A stretch of 64,000 nt of DNA from an uncultured Alphaproteobacteria bacterium (GTDB lineage: Bacteria; Pseudomonadota; Alphaproteobacteria; CAAHEQ01; UBA3637): the NCBI GenBank assembly GCA_934202735.1, contig CAKPYH010000004.1:73407-137406 (forward strand), read 5' to 3'. A program made the position numbers and the translations under genes. Positions 19,292-29,374 of this stretch are shown piece after piece. Each line of letters begins with the position of its first letter. The first letter of the stretch is position 1. Below the pieces are notes generated by a model. It was not told the origin of the DNA. It did not search any database and saw nothing but the letters and a program-made list of their open reading frames with translations.

Positions 19292-19696
19292 TTATTTTCC
19301 TTTTACCCTATAATAGCTATCAATTTGCCAGCCGCACAGGCGCATAGACGGCAAATCCTGAAACACCACACCACTATCGTGGCAACAATGGAGAACGCCT
19401 CCACCATCAACATCTAGCCACAGGCCAGCATGAACGGGATATTTAGATTGCCTAAGCAAAACGACATCACCGTCTTGCGGCTTTTCAACTTCATTAAATG
19501 CCCGGAAAGCAGGATCCTCTTTGAATGCAATTAAAACGCTCCGGAGATTATCCGGATTAACGTTTACCGCCGGCACATCTATGCCGTATTCGTGCTTCAG
19601 GATCCAGCGCACCATTCCCCAACAGTCAAATTCATCAGGGCCTTGCGCACCGGCAACCCAGGGCAAGCCTATATATTTACAAGCAAAATGTGTCAT
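19292..19696 (-). CDS. Phage tail assembly protein K-like NlpC/P60 peptidase
   Basis: FDCWGMVRW (catalytic Cys) and HAGLW (His) spacing typical of NlpC/P60; position before tip protein. Confidence 0.65.
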   Translation of the reverse strand: MTHFACKYIGLPWVAGAQGPDEFDCWGMVRWILKHEYGIDVPAVNVNPDNLRSVLIAFKEDPAFRAFNEVEKPQDGDVVLLRQSKYPVHAGLWLDVDGGGVLHCCHDSGVVFQDLPSMRLCGWQIDSYYRVKGK

Positions 19697-19716
19697 TTAA
19701 TTACTTTTTTATCTGA

Positions 19717-20520
19717 TTAATTAATTATAGTTTTTACGATATTAATGAGTGCAGAGATAAGGTAGTAAAGAGATGTAAATGCAATAACTCCACCGATAAA
19801 AGGATTTGTATGAAAAAAATTAAAAAAAGCAAAAAGATATCCACCATTTAATTGCCAATAAGAAGTATTTGTTTTTAAGTGGTTATCAGCCACCCTCTGC
19901 AAAATGTTTGCAAAAATATCAACTTTTCTTAGCGTTGATTGATGAAGTTTAATATAATTTTTTTCTTCAAAAGCTTGAGCCTCTTCTTCTCCAGACAAAA
20001 AATTTGTATCAGTTATTTTATTTTTTTTCACTATAGAAAAAAGACGTGGGTGCTCTATATAACCAACGCCATATGCATCTATCAATAAACGAGCCAGATC
20101 CTGTTTCTTATCATCTTGTATAACATATGGTTTTCCACCTAAGATTTTATAACGTAATTCAATGGCTGCAAAACCAAAATTTTCATCTCGCATATTCCAA
20201 TGAACGAATGTTTTATCTTCATTTTTGTGTACAAAATCATAAAATCTTTTGAGCATAGATTTTTCCAGTTTGTCGTAAGATTTTTCTATTTTCCTCTTAT
20301 CTATGGCTTGTAACTCTGCTTCCTTGTGTATAGAAAAAGAACGTGTTTGACCATCATTTAATTTCCTCACAGCTATAGATGTTATTTTCGGTGAGCTACC
20401 ATCTGTGCGATCATAGAAACTTTCACAAGAATAATGTATGAGTAAAACGTTTTTAGAATCCGCCATCAAAGTTCTGATCTGAGCTAAAGCATCTTTTCTT
20501 CTTTTTAAATTGATTTTCAT
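19717..20520 (-). CDS. AT-rich moron: unknown cytosolic domain plus C-terminal two-TM hairpin (candidate abortive-infection effector)
   Basis: C-terminus GGYLFAFFNFFHTNPFIGGVIAFTSLYYLISALINIV; no recognisable motifs in N domain. Confidence 0.3.
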   Translation of the reverse strand: MKINLKRRKDALAQIRTLMADSKNVLLIHYSCESFYDRTDGSSPKITSIAVRKLNDGQTRSFSIHKEAELQAIDKRKIEKSYDKLEKSMLKRFYDFVHKNEDKTFVHWNMRDENFGFAAIELRYKILGGKPYVIQDDKKQDLARLLIDAYGVGYIEHPRLFSIVKKNKITDTNFLSGEEEAQAFEEKNYIKLHQSTLRKVDIFANILQRVADNHLKTNTSYWQLNGGYLFAFFNFFHTNPFIGGVIAFTSLYYLISALINIVKTIIN

Positions 20521-20580
20521 ATTTTAACCTATATTCCTTCTAAACTTACGTATACATTAAAAATAAAAAAAAATCAATAA

Positions 20581-21123
20581 TTATCGTGTTAATCCCGGAT
20601 AGTTTTTAACGGTATAGTTTTCTGACGGAAAAGACCTGTTCCCGATATCCATCATGCGGGCCGTAGCCGTTATTTTATAACAGTCCACATGAATATCAGT
20701 AATAACCAAGGTTATCGGCGGATCCATCTGCGGCGTTGTCAGGTCGTCAGACAGATATGGCCGGTATGTCAGCTCGATCATATCCTGTGTTTCAATAGCC
20801 CGGTCAAGATAAGCGATCATCTCGGTTGAAACGTTGTCGATCGTGACCGAAATCTCAGGTGTCGGCGTGTTGTTGACCGGTGGCAATTCCAGATCAAACG
20901 CCATGGCGATAAATAAAACGGCTTGACCCGCGTCCAACGGGGCTGAATCTTCCAACACACATAAGTGGTCTTGATAATCCCGCACGACCCGAATAGCGGT
21001 CGGCGCACCCAAAGCGTCCTTAAAACTAGGGTGGCGCAGTTCCAATGTGTGCAAAATCACAACATCGCTGGGCGCAGAAGCATAGGCTTCTTTCAAAGCT
21101 TGGGAAAGCGTTTCATCTGTCAT
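20581..21123 (-). CDS. Phage minor tail protein (L-like position)
   Basis: Phage-type GC, placed between tail fibre cluster and K-like gene; no diagnostic motif. Confidence 0.35.
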   Translation of the reverse strand: MTDETLSQALKEAYASAPSDVVILHTLELRHPSFKDALGAPTAIRVVRDYQDHLCVLEDSAPLDAGQAVLFIAMAFDLELPPVNNTPTPEISVTIDNVSTEMIAYLDRAIETQDMIELTYRPYLSDDLTTPQMDPPITLVITDIHVDCYKITATARMMDIGNRSFPSENYTVKNYPGLTR

Positions 21124-21126
21124 TGT

Positions 21127-21873
21127 TTATCCGTTATTTGAGTTGGTTGCATCGGGCTCGTTATACCCCAAAAAGACAACTTTGACATAACCGCCATTAC
21201 CCAAAAAGACCTTGTTGTTAAAATCTGTCAAATCATTGATTTTAACATCTATGGAATTGCCAAGCTTGGGTGTATTTAAGTCGTCCCCAGGATAACCGCT
21301 GCCCCGCATAAAATATGTTGTATCATTATTTAAAAACAAGTTGCCGTTCTTGGTATCCGTATAAAGCGGGATATGGGTTTGACTGACGGTTGCATTGATA
21401 ACGGCCGTGCCTCCAATCCCCACTTCGTTGGGACAATCTTCGGCCATAGCCCCTTGCCGGGAATAGGCTTCTTGCCCTCCATTGGCACACAAGTACAAGA
21501 CATCATCAATATAACTGAGATCCGAGTTCATCTTGGAATTATAAACGCCTTTTGGCTCTCCCACGTGATAGGTATGTGTCCCGGCAGACAAGCGAAATAC
21601 GCCCCGGATAAATGCCCCACTGCCACCCGAAGCGCCAAAAGCCGACCACCCAAAAGCCCATTCATTGGCTCCACCCGAACCGATCAGAGTACATAAACAC
21701 CAAGCATCTTGATCCAGTTCAAATGTCCCGTTGGCACCGATTTCACTGCTTTCGGCCAGAACGGTATCTTTTGTATAAATCCCCTTTGGATAGGCCCTTG
21801 CCAATAATTTTTGCGTCAGTATAATCATATTTTCTCCTTTATGTTTTGTCCGCATCGGCATAGCATGTGGCAT
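21127..21873 (-). CDS. Glycine-rich phage tail protein (fibre/tip associated)
   Basis: Gly-rich repeats GSGGANEWAFGWSAFGASGGSGAF; tail module context. Confidence 0.3.
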   Translation of the reverse strand: MPHAMPMRTKHKGENMIILTQKLLARAYPKGIYTKDTVLAESSEIGANGTFELDQDAWCLCTLIGSGGANEWAFGWSAFGASGGSGAFIRGVFRLSAGTHTYHVGEPKGVYNSKMNSDLSYIDDVLYLCANGGQEAYSRQGAMAEDCPNEVGIGGTAVINATVSQTHIPLYTDTKNGNLFLNNDTTYFMRGSGYPGDDLNTPKLGNSIDVKINDLTDFNNKVFLGNGGYVKVVFLGYNEPDATNSNNG

Positions 21874-22072
21874 AGATTAAATCCGACACACCTTCGCTGT
21901 CTTGATAAGCTACGGCATTATCAGTAATGCGCCATTCTGTCCCCTGATAGGCACTGCCGTCCGCATTATATAATATCGTATCGGCGATAATCTCGGTTGT
22001 TTTGGTATAAATAACTTCATCGATCATACGCTCTTTGACCCGCCAAGCGTAAAGCGTCCCCGCTTCATCTAA

Positions 22073-22648
22073 CTACGGCGGCGTATAAGTCCCAACACGG
22101 ACACAAGAAAGCGCACCACAGACCCAGTTTGTCCCATTATGTTCATAAATTAAATCATAAAAGCCAGTCTCGCTGATTTGTGGTGGTTGCCCGCCAAAAA
22201 AACAGTTTGTGCCATAATCAATGGTAATGCTTTTGGTCAGTTGCATTTGCACTAAGATTTGATGAAAAACCTGATTATCCAAATCAGTCGGTAGCACAAA
22301 AGTGATATTGTCCGTGGGCGATATCCGATAAAAAGAATTATCGCAAAGCCCCATTTTCCCCGATGTAGCCAATGCCCGCACCGGCATTTTGAGTGGCTGA
22401 TAGGTCAGAGTGATTTCGTTGCCATCCTTGTCCGCTATCGTCCGTGTTGCCGTATAATTTTTCCCCAGTTTATCCGCAAGGGCGGTATAAACCGCCCCCG
22501 AGGATATGGCATTACGGGATCCCGATATTGGGGAAGAATCAACCTTGACCTTACCCGCCACCGAGGCATTACCGGTTGGTATATTGTCCGTGTATGGATA
22601 CAGATAATCACCTTTTTTATTTTTAAGTTTGACGCTTTTATTTGCCAT
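22073..22648 (-). CDS. Tail fibre-like protein, paralog 1 (full length)
   Basis: Shares N-terminal module MANK.(V/I)KLKN..G(D/E)YL.PYT and SSGAV..AL..KLGK with two downstream-truncated paralogs. Confidence 0.4.
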   Translation of the reverse strand: MANKSVKLKNKKGDYLYPYTDNIPTGNASVAGKVKVDSSPISGSRNAISSGAVYTALADKLGKNYTATRTIADKDGNEITLTYQPLKMPVRALATSGKMGLCDNSFYRISPTDNITFVLPTDLDNQVFHQILVQMQLTKSITIDYGTNCFFGGQPPQISETGFYDLIYEHNGTNWVCGALSCVRVGTYTPP

Positions 22649-22659
22649 AAATTTCTCCT

Positions 22660-22950
22660 TTATGCCATTTCTTCATAAGAAATCGCGTCCGATAATTTTT
22701 GGTAAGTTGTTGTAATCACATTACCGTCAGCATCGGCTGTGGCTTTGGAAGCAATATCCCCTTTGCCCAATTTTGCATCTAATGCAATTTTTGCTCCACC
22801 GGAAGTCAATGCATTCAATGATCCCGCAGTCGGTGTTTCGTCCAAAACCACCAAGCCTTTATCTGATGTAGAAGCGTCCGGCACATTGGTGGTATAAGGT
22901 TCCAAATACTCACCGGCTCCGTTTTTTAACTTAATTTTTTTATTTGCCAT
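22660..22950 (-). CDS. Tail fibre N-terminal module paralog 2 (probable start MANKKIKL)
   Basis: Same conserved N-terminal module; 96 aa. Confidence 0.35.
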   Translation of the reverse strand: MANKKIKLKNGAGEYLEPYTTNVPDASTSDKGLVVLDETPTAGSLNALTSGGAKIALDAKLGKGDIASKATADADGNVITTTYQKLSDAISYEEMA

Positions 22951-22963
22951 TATTTTTCCTTTC

Positions 22964-23203
22964 TTAATGTTCATCTTCGTATTCAAAAGTGATGATATCA
23001 CTCAATTTTGCATACGTTTTGTTGATAATATTGCCATCGGCATCGGCCGTTGCCTTGGCAGCTGTATCAGTCTTTCCCAACTTGTCTTTCAGAGCCTCAA
23101 AAACGGCCCCGGAAGAAATCATATTGGAACTGCCTGATTGAGGGGCAGTATCAAAACTTTTATCAGAAAGCCTTGATACCGGAATCTTGCTGCTATCCGT
23201 CAT
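22964..23203 (-). CDS. Tail fibre N-terminal module paralog 3 (short)
   Basis: ISSGAVFEALKDKLGK..ATADADGNIINKTYAKLSD matches module. Confidence 0.3.
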   Translation of the reverse strand: MTDSSKIPVSRLSDKSFDTAPQSGSSNMISSGAVFEALKDKLGKTDTAAKATADADGNIINKTYAKLSDIITFEYEDEH

Positions 23204-23910
23204 CGTGTTTCTCCTGACATTTCTTCGTACATTACACAGTCGCTTAAAGCATTCATTGATTGCAGGTCATAAAGATATTTGACGCACCACCGCTCGCCGG
23301 TCGCCAACGGGTTTAATAAAATAACCGAACGTCCATCTTGCGATAATGTATAGTTTTCAGGAAGCAAGGCCGTGTTCTCAATAATAACCGTTAAAATTTG
23401 ATTTACACTGCCAAGAGCTTCATCTAAATTCAGAGGAAAAACTGCCTGATTTTCCCTCGCAACGCCGGCCACCGTTATTGGAAAACTCCCGATTGTTGCC
23501 CGTTCGGCCAAAGCCACCCACTCCCGACACGAATGTGTACCTCCTTGTGCTTGAACTTCATCGTCCGTCCCCTCGGCCCATATCTGTGCTTTGCTGACTT
23601 CCACCTTTGTTTTTACCAAATTATCGGCAACGTTTTGAGCATTTTGCTCTGTTTGGAGCGTTGCGGCTTGGGCTTTCCCGGCGGCAATTTTGGCCTCATC
23701 GGCCGCTAATTGCGCCATATTGACAAGGCTGGACGCTTGACCATACAATTCATCGCGCACATCTTTCAAGGCTTTGGCCATTGTGGGCACAATCCCATTT
23801 TCAGTCGTAACCGTTTGGTTATCGCCTCCATGAACCATATCATGAAACAGTGATGAGTCCGTTTCAGTGCGTTCAATCGCTGTTTCCAGTCTTTCTTGCA
23901 TATTGGGCAT
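23200..23910 (-). CDS. Phage tail fibre/collar protein with N-terminal coiled coil
   Basis: Alanine/glutamine-rich coiled coil then beta-rich C-terminus; tail module. Confidence 0.3.
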   Translation of the reverse strand: MPNMQERLETAIERTETDSSLFHDMVHGGDNQTVTTENGIVPTMAKALKDVRDELYGQASSLVNMAQLAADEAKIAAGKAQAATLQTEQNAQNVADNLVKTKVEVSKAQIWAEGTDDEVQAQGGTHSCREWVALAERATIGSFPITVAGVARENQAVFPLNLDEALGSVNQILTVIIENTALLPENYTLSQDGRSVILLNPLATGERWCVKYLYDLQSMNALSDCVMYEEMSGETR

Positions 23911-23924
23911 AATGATTTTCCTTT

Positions 23925-24401
23925 TTAATTCAATTTTATCGGCAGCAACCGATGAACCAGATCGTGCAATCTGTCCGATGTTTTTAAGAGCAAATTATAG
24001 TCGCTATCCATAATGATTTTCATCGCATCTTCGGTTAATGTCGGCCTGTCACGAATTTCGAGCTCTGAGGTAATCTCCCACAGATAACCGTTCAGGAGTT
24101 TTGCTTCAAACTGCTGCGTAAATCTCGCTTCCTGACTGCTGAGGCCGATACCACCCAACAGCGTGATGAAAAACCATTCGCCCCACTCTTTGGCATGGTA
24201 TTTATACCAGGCTTCAAACACACAGAATTGCTCCGCATTCATCAACCAGCGCACAGAAATCTTTGTCGATGTTTGGGTATAACGCCGCCTTTGCCGATCG
24301 GGGCCGGCTTCCATATCCGTCCGGATAATTGCTTCACCAGGCTTGATAGAGTAATTTTCAACGGTCGGATATGGTAAATGCTGTGGAAAGTAAACGCTCA
24401 T
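23925..24401 (-). CDS. Phage minor tail protein (M-like position after tape measure)
   Basis: Context only. Confidence 0.3.
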   Translation of the reverse strand: MSVYFPQHLPYPTVENYSIKPGEAIIRTDMEAGPDRQRRRYTQTSTKISVRWLMNAEQFCVFEAWYKYHAKEWGEWFFITLLGGIGLSSQEARFTQQFEAKLLNGYLWEITSELEIRDRPTLTEDAMKIIMDSDYNLLLKTSDRLHDLVHRLLPIKLN

Positions 24402-24471
24402 CTATAACTCCCATAGGCGGGGTTTAACGCATACCTTTGTTCCAAAATCGGCGATAAACCTTCTCCCTTTG

Positions 24472-25125
24472 TTATGTTTTTACCAATTGCCTCTCGATCT
24501 GTTCAACGATAATGTCCAGATTGACATTGCCGTTCATATCGCGTGTCGGGTTTGCCGTTGTCCTTGTGCCTGAAGCCTTATTGACCACATTCACATTGAC
24601 GTAAACCGGCGGTTTTGAATTGAGTTCCGCGCCCAGTGCTTTCATCTGTCCCGGCGTGAAGACCGTTTCACCTTTTTTCGCGATAATCGGGATCTCGCCC
24701 CCGACCAGGCCACCGGTATGAAAACGTGGAGCATTTTCAAAAACAGACGGACTAATTTGCCTATAAGATAAAGAATCCGTACCAATGACACCTCCTGTAT
24801 GCGCTGTCGGGATGCCGAAGTAACCCATGACACCGCCCATGATCGGCTTGATCACAGCGTACTGCATGGCCATTCGGACCATTCCCGCGACAACTGAGTT
24901 AACAAAGTCTGCAAAGTTCGCTTTATCGGTCATGACGAAGTTTGTCAGCGTATCTTCCGTTGATTTGAAAGAGTTCTTGACCAAGTTTTCGGTCATTGAA
25001 GCCATATCCGAGGCATCTTCATAAACGCTTTTCATTCCTCGGGTTATGCCGTCTTTCCAGTCTTTTGAACTCTGAAGAGCGGCAACACCTGCTTTTTTGA
25101 CCATATCATCATAAACGCGGTTCAC
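24472..25125 (-). CDS. Tape-measure C-terminal-like segment (separate ORF; possible split of tape-measure gene)
   Basis: HTGG-containing segment typical of tape-measure C-termini; frame differs by -1 from upstream tape-measure ORF with ~90 nt gap. Confidence 0.35.
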   Translation of the reverse strand: MNRVYDDMVKKAGVAALQSSKDWKDGITRGMKSVYEDASDMASMTENLVKNSFKSTEDTLTNFVMTDKANFADFVNSVVAGMVRMAMQYAVIKPIMGGVMGYFGIPTAHTGGVIGTDSLSYRQISPSVFENAPRFHTGGLVGGEIPIIAKKGETVFTPGQMKALGAELNSKPPVYVNVNVVNKASGTRTTANPTRDMNGNVNLDIIVEQIERQLVKT

Positions 25126-25211
25126 ATCATTTTTAAAATCCTCATAACCGGCTTTTGGCTGTCAAGGTTCGCCAAAGCATCATCACGCCACTTTGCCGCT
25201 TTTTGCATGGC

Positions 25212-27056
25212 CTATTCATAAGGATCCTGCAATTCAAAGACCTTTTGTTTAATGTTCTCAATGGTCTTTTCGTAAGCTGATGTGTCAGTTTTTGGCAGAA
25301 CAGGAGGTTTCGGAACTGCCGGCTTTTCATCTTTAGGTCTTAATTCCGGATTTTGAATGTACTTCAACTCATCACGAGCTTTTTGTGCATCTATCTCAGC
25401 CACTTTCAAAAGCAGGAACTTCTCCTGAATGGCTTTTGCCTGCGGTTGAAAATCCGGATATTCAGCGGCCAAACGCCATACTTCCTTCTGGTATTCCTCC
25501 AGGTTGTATTTTGACTGCGAAAGAATGTCCGCCAAATCGTTTGCAAAAATCTGGTATTCCTTCAGGAACATATTCGGCGCGTGACGTTGAAAGAACGACA
25601 GACCGCCGGTATCCTTTAGTTCTTCATTCAGATCATTGATGTTCTTTTCGGCCACTTTTAATTTATAGGACCATTCGGCAATGGCTTGGTTTTTGCTTTG
25701 CGCTGTTACAAGATTGTTTGTTTCCTTGACCGTTTCAGCCATTTGTTCTTTGAGTTTAGCCAAAGTCTCCGCGTGGTCGTTTGCCGCACGTTTTGCCACG
25801 TTATGACTGTCTATTAATTTATGCAGGCCATAAACAACCAACATGACAAGTCCGGCCGGGCCACCAAGTAGAGCCATGACGCCTTTCAAAAGACCAACGG
25901 CACCGGCCAAAACCTTGGTTGCCACCGCGGCCCCATACATCTGAACAGCGGTCCCTTTGGAAACCTGCCACATCATTTTAAGGCCGAGTGTAGCAGAGGC
26001 TCCAGCCGTTCCGGTTCCCATAAGGGCTACATTTAAGCCATACACGCTTGCCTTTAGCAGGTCTATTCCTTTGGTTATCAGACTCGCGCCCAACCGAACC
26101 GTTAAGAGCGTGATGATTGGCTCAATGTATTGGGCCATGGTAAAAAAGGCCTTGCTGGCAACATTCACTGCCGCTGCCAAGGTTTGACCAATGGCTTTTG
26201 CCGCTTCACCCGAGCCATCTAACAACTCATTAAACTGCAAAAATGTTTCTTTTAAGGCTTTATTTAGACCGTTTTCACCAATGGACCGGATAAGCTTACT
26301 TACCGCGTCCTCAATGTTGGACATAGCACCACCCATCGTGTCCATTTGTTCTTTCATCGCACCGCCAAAGTTAATCAGGCCAATGGATTTAAGATAGGCT
26401 TCAATTTCTTGCGCACTTTTGCCAACGGTAGTCGTTATGCCTTGGAAAGTGAACCGGACTTTATCGCCCTCAACCTGGGTTTGAATACCAAACGTCCGGA
26501 GCGATTTGAAGTTCAGCATTACCGCCGAAGAGACAGCATCTGTAAAGTCCGTGATGTTTTTACCAAAGGCCGAAGCGGTATTTCCATAAGAGGTTAAGGC
26601 TTCCGAAGTCGCGTCAAGGCCCAACGCTTTCAGCCGGATAAAAGCCTCTATAATTTCATCCAGTTGATACGGCGTATCCAGCGCAAACTGTTCAATCATC
26701 GCAAAAGCCTGTTGCGCACCTTTGGCCGAGCCGGTCACTGTTTTTAAGGATCCGATCAGGCTTTCAAACTCTTTGTTTGTCTGCACAATACCTTTGAATG
26801 CTGATGTCAGCCCACGCAATCCGAGGTATGCTCCGGCCAACGATGCTGCCTGTTTCAGGGTATTATTAAAGGCCTTGGCTGTGTTATCCAAGACCTTTAA
26901 GTTATCGTTGGCAGGCATCATGACCTGAGTTATCCGCTGAAAGGCTTTCTGTCCGTCCGAGCCAATGTTCTTGAACTCTTGCCGGACCTTATCACCGCCC
27001 ACCGCTTCAAGTCTGATTGAAAGTCTTTTTGCTGTATTCATTCGTTTTTTCCACAA
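25212..27056 (-). CDS. Phage tail tape measure protein
   Basis: Long alpha-helical, Ala/Gly/Lys-rich 614 aa; immediately after G/GT chaperone slot. Confidence 0.75.
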   Translation of the reverse strand: MWKKRMNTAKRLSIRLEAVGGDKVRQEFKNIGSDGQKAFQRITQVMMPANDNLKVLDNTAKAFNNTLKQAASLAGAYLGLRGLTSAFKGIVQTNKEFESLIGSLKTVTGSAKGAQQAFAMIEQFALDTPYQLDEIIEAFIRLKALGLDATSEALTSYGNTASAFGKNITDFTDAVSSAVMLNFKSLRTFGIQTQVEGDKVRFTFQGITTTVGKSAQEIEAYLKSIGLINFGGAMKEQMDTMGGAMSNIEDAVSKLIRSIGENGLNKALKETFLQFNELLDGSGEAAKAIGQTLAAAVNVASKAFFTMAQYIEPIITLLTVRLGASLITKGIDLLKASVYGLNVALMGTGTAGASATLGLKMMWQVSKGTAVQMYGAAVATKVLAGAVGLLKGVMALLGGPAGLVMLVVYGLHKLIDSHNVAKRAANDHAETLAKLKEQMAETVKETNNLVTAQSKNQAIAEWSYKLKVAEKNINDLNEELKDTGGLSFFQRHAPNMFLKEYQIFANDLADILSQSKYNLEEYQKEVWRLAAEYPDFQPQAKAIQEKFLLLKVAEIDAQKARDELKYIQNPELRPKDEKPAVPKPPVLPKTDTSAYEKTIENIKQKVFELQDPYE

Positions 27057-27105
27057 AAAAACACCCCAACCGAATGGTTGAGAGGAAAATAATCAAGATT
27101 ATAGT

Positions 27106-27693
27106 TTATAAATCTTTTCCAAAATTATTAATAAAAGATTGCTTTTGTACAGTTGTTAAAGAAATTTTAGTTTTATTGGCAATCCATTCTATCAACTTTT
27201 GAGGAGTGTCTTGTGGGGTGAAAATAAAATCCGCAGAGTCCTGTAAAGCTTTTATGTCTTGTTCAGAAGGATGTTCAATTATTTCTCTTGCCTCTCTAGG
27301 AGATATTTTATCCCTTTGGCATATTCTAACAACTTGAGCATCTTTTGGGCAGTCACAAAATATTAGAATAGAATTTGGAAAAATGAATTTGAACTCTTTA
27401 TATACATCTTTATGTCGGAATCCATCTAATATAATACCATTTTTCCAACTAATAGATGATGCATTTTCCATTGTCCAGTGCATAAAACCCCGTTGACCAA
27501 GCTGAGTAATCAAATTTTGACCTAAATTTTGTAAATTGGATCGGGAGGGTATGATACTATTTCGCAGACAATACTCTCTTAAAACTCCTCCAAAAGAAAG
27601 AACTTGTAAACTATAATTTTGTGCTATAGCTTTTGTAACAGTTGTCTTCCCACTCGCAATAACTCCAGCTACACCAATATAAAGCTTTCTCAT
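27106..27693 (-). CDS. P-loop nucleoside/nucleotide kinase (NMP-kinase/uridine-kinase-like)
   Basis: Walker A IGVAGVIASGKTT; ILDGFRHKD resembles NMP-binding LLDGFPR. Confidence 0.6.
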   Translation of the reverse strand: MRKLYIGVAGVIASGKTTVTKAIAQNYSLQVLSFGGVLREYCLRNSIIPSRSNLQNLGQNLITQLGQRGFMHWTMENASSISWKNGIILDGFRHKDVYKEFKFIFPNSILIFCDCPKDAQVVRICQRDKISPREAREIIEHPSEQDIKALQDSADFIFTPQDTPQKLIEWIANKTKISLTTVQKQSFINNFGKDL

Positions 27694-29321
27694 TCTCTGC
27701 CTTTTTTTTGTGTTAATGAGTCAAAAAGAGAAGGTTGACAACTTTTTTCCACCGTATCTAAGATAAGCCAAGCTCTTCGATCATTTTTGGGAAATGGATA
27801 TGGTGTTTCATATTTCTTTACTCTAGCAATATGTATAAAACTAATATAACGTGAATCTTTTCTTTTTTCCCAGAAATAAGGATCATAATCAGCGCAAATT
27901 TCAGAACTATATTTCTTTAATTCTTCCATTTTTTCGGGGGATAAATCAGAAAAATATTCTACTTTCCCTGCAGTTATCTCCCCTACAACTAAACCTCCGG
28001 ATTTTTTTAATAAAATAATATCTCCTTCTTTGACTTTCTGAAATGGAGGACATTTTACTTTTGTAAACCTAGTTTCTATGGTTTTTTCGCCTTTTAAAAT
28101 TAAATCTAAAAAAGGTTGAATCAAGATTGCTAAATGTTGAGGTTTATGTTCGTTTTCATTCATAATTAATAGATCCTTTAATGTTTGATATACTATAGTA
28201 ATATCTCGTTTTATTTGATTTTTGTCAAGGTTCGAAAAATTCAATAATATTGTCTCAGAAATTTCTTCAAGATTTTTTTCCTTAGAAATTCCATCTAGAA
28301 TCAAACTCATTGTTTTCCACCCCTCAATTTTTAGACCTATATTAGTAGAGGTCCATAAATCTATATTCTTACGTATCGGTGAACGTCGACTCACAGAATA
28401 CAGAACAGCATCTTCAGGATTCTTTATCAAAATTTTTGGAGCTATATATTTACTGAGTTCTTCATTTTTCTTCTTGATTTTTACTTTTATTTTCCCTACT
28501 AAAAAATCTTCCCACTCTTCTTCAATTCGGCATTCTACATTTTCTGGTAACTTTTTACCATCATTAAGAAAAATAATCATATCTCCTTTTCTCCAATTTT
28601 TAGAAGAAATTTTGTTTTTCTCTAATGTTTCTTTTTCGAAGAAAGGTGTTTCATAAGATACGGCATCTGGTTCCAACTTGATAAGATTAAATCCTAAATT
28701 CATTGCTTTTATGATTACTTTTTTTCTTTCTTTCAGGGAAGATGGCCTTGTAAAAGCTGGGAAAAGAGCTATTCCTATACTCGAATAGTGACCAAAAGTT
28801 AATTGTTGAGCTCGTCTCATAAATAAATCATAATACTCTGGATACCAAGGAGGATCAAAAAAAACCATATCAGCAATGCCTATTAATTCATTGGGTATTT
28901 TATTTTCTGCGTTATAATGAATAGTTGAAATGTTTTTATTGAGTATATTTTTCTTTATATTTTCTAAAGTTGAGCCACTTTTATCCAGGATGATAATTTT
29001 TGTTTCTGGAAGAAAATAAGAAATATAAGAGGCAAGAATCGGAGCACCAAGAAAAGCCATTTTACGAGGTAATTCAAATGGATGATTATTTAATAAATTC
29101 CTGAAAGCTTTTTCCATTGAATCTGTGGAAAACCACCACTCATAGTCTAAACAATGTGGTAAATGTAAATTTTGTTTTAGCCTTAGTAACCCTATTTCTG
29201 CATTTTTCTTATTTTGTGTCCAATTCCTGTAAAGTTTTATTTTGCGAATTGAGTCTATCCCTTTAAGAGAAAAAGAGCCATTTTCTTGTATAATGAGTTT
29301 GTCTTTTACCATTTCTTCCAA
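27690..29321 (-). CDS. Amino-methyltransferase domain (DPPW, MT-A70-like) fused to C-terminal ASCH/PUA-like domain
   Basis: AFLGAPILA (motif I) .. IIILD .. VFFDPPWYPEYY (motif IV); C-terminus ILKGEKTIETRF = ASCH GxKxxExR. Confidence 0.55.
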   Translation of the reverse strand: MEEMVKDKLIIQENGSFSLKGIDSIRKIKLYRNWTQNKKNAEIGLLRLKQNLHLPHCLDYEWWFSTDSMEKAFRNLLNNHPFELPRKMAFLGAPILASYISYFLPETKIIILDKSGSTLENIKKNILNKNISTIHYNAENKIPNELIGIADMVFFDPPWYPEYYDLFMRRAQQLTFGHYSSIGIALFPAFTRPSSLKERKKVIIKAMNLGFNLIKLEPDAVSYETPFFEKETLEKNKISSKNWRKGDMIIFLNDGKKLPENVECRIEEEWEDFLVGKIKVKIKKKNEELSKYIAPKILIKNPEDAVLYSVSRRSPIRKNIDLWTSTNIGLKIEGWKTMSLILDGISKEKNLEEISETILLNFSNLDKNQIKRDITIVYQTLKDLLIMNENEHKPQHLAILIQPFLDLILKGEKTIETRFTKVKCPPFQKVKEGDIILLKKSGGLVVGEITAGKVEYFSDLSPEKMEELKKYSSEICADYDPYFWEKRKDSRYISFIHIARVKKYETPYPFPKNDRRAWLILDTVEKSCQPSLFDSLTQKKGRE

Positions 29322-29374
29322 AATACGCTTAAGCTCATCAGGAAAAACAGAATGACACCGTTTTGAAAGTTGAA

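Noticed and set aside
25142-25330. 62-aa ORF bridging the two tape-measure pieces
   Set aside because: It is in a third frame with a basic, low-complexity translation. It is likely spurious.
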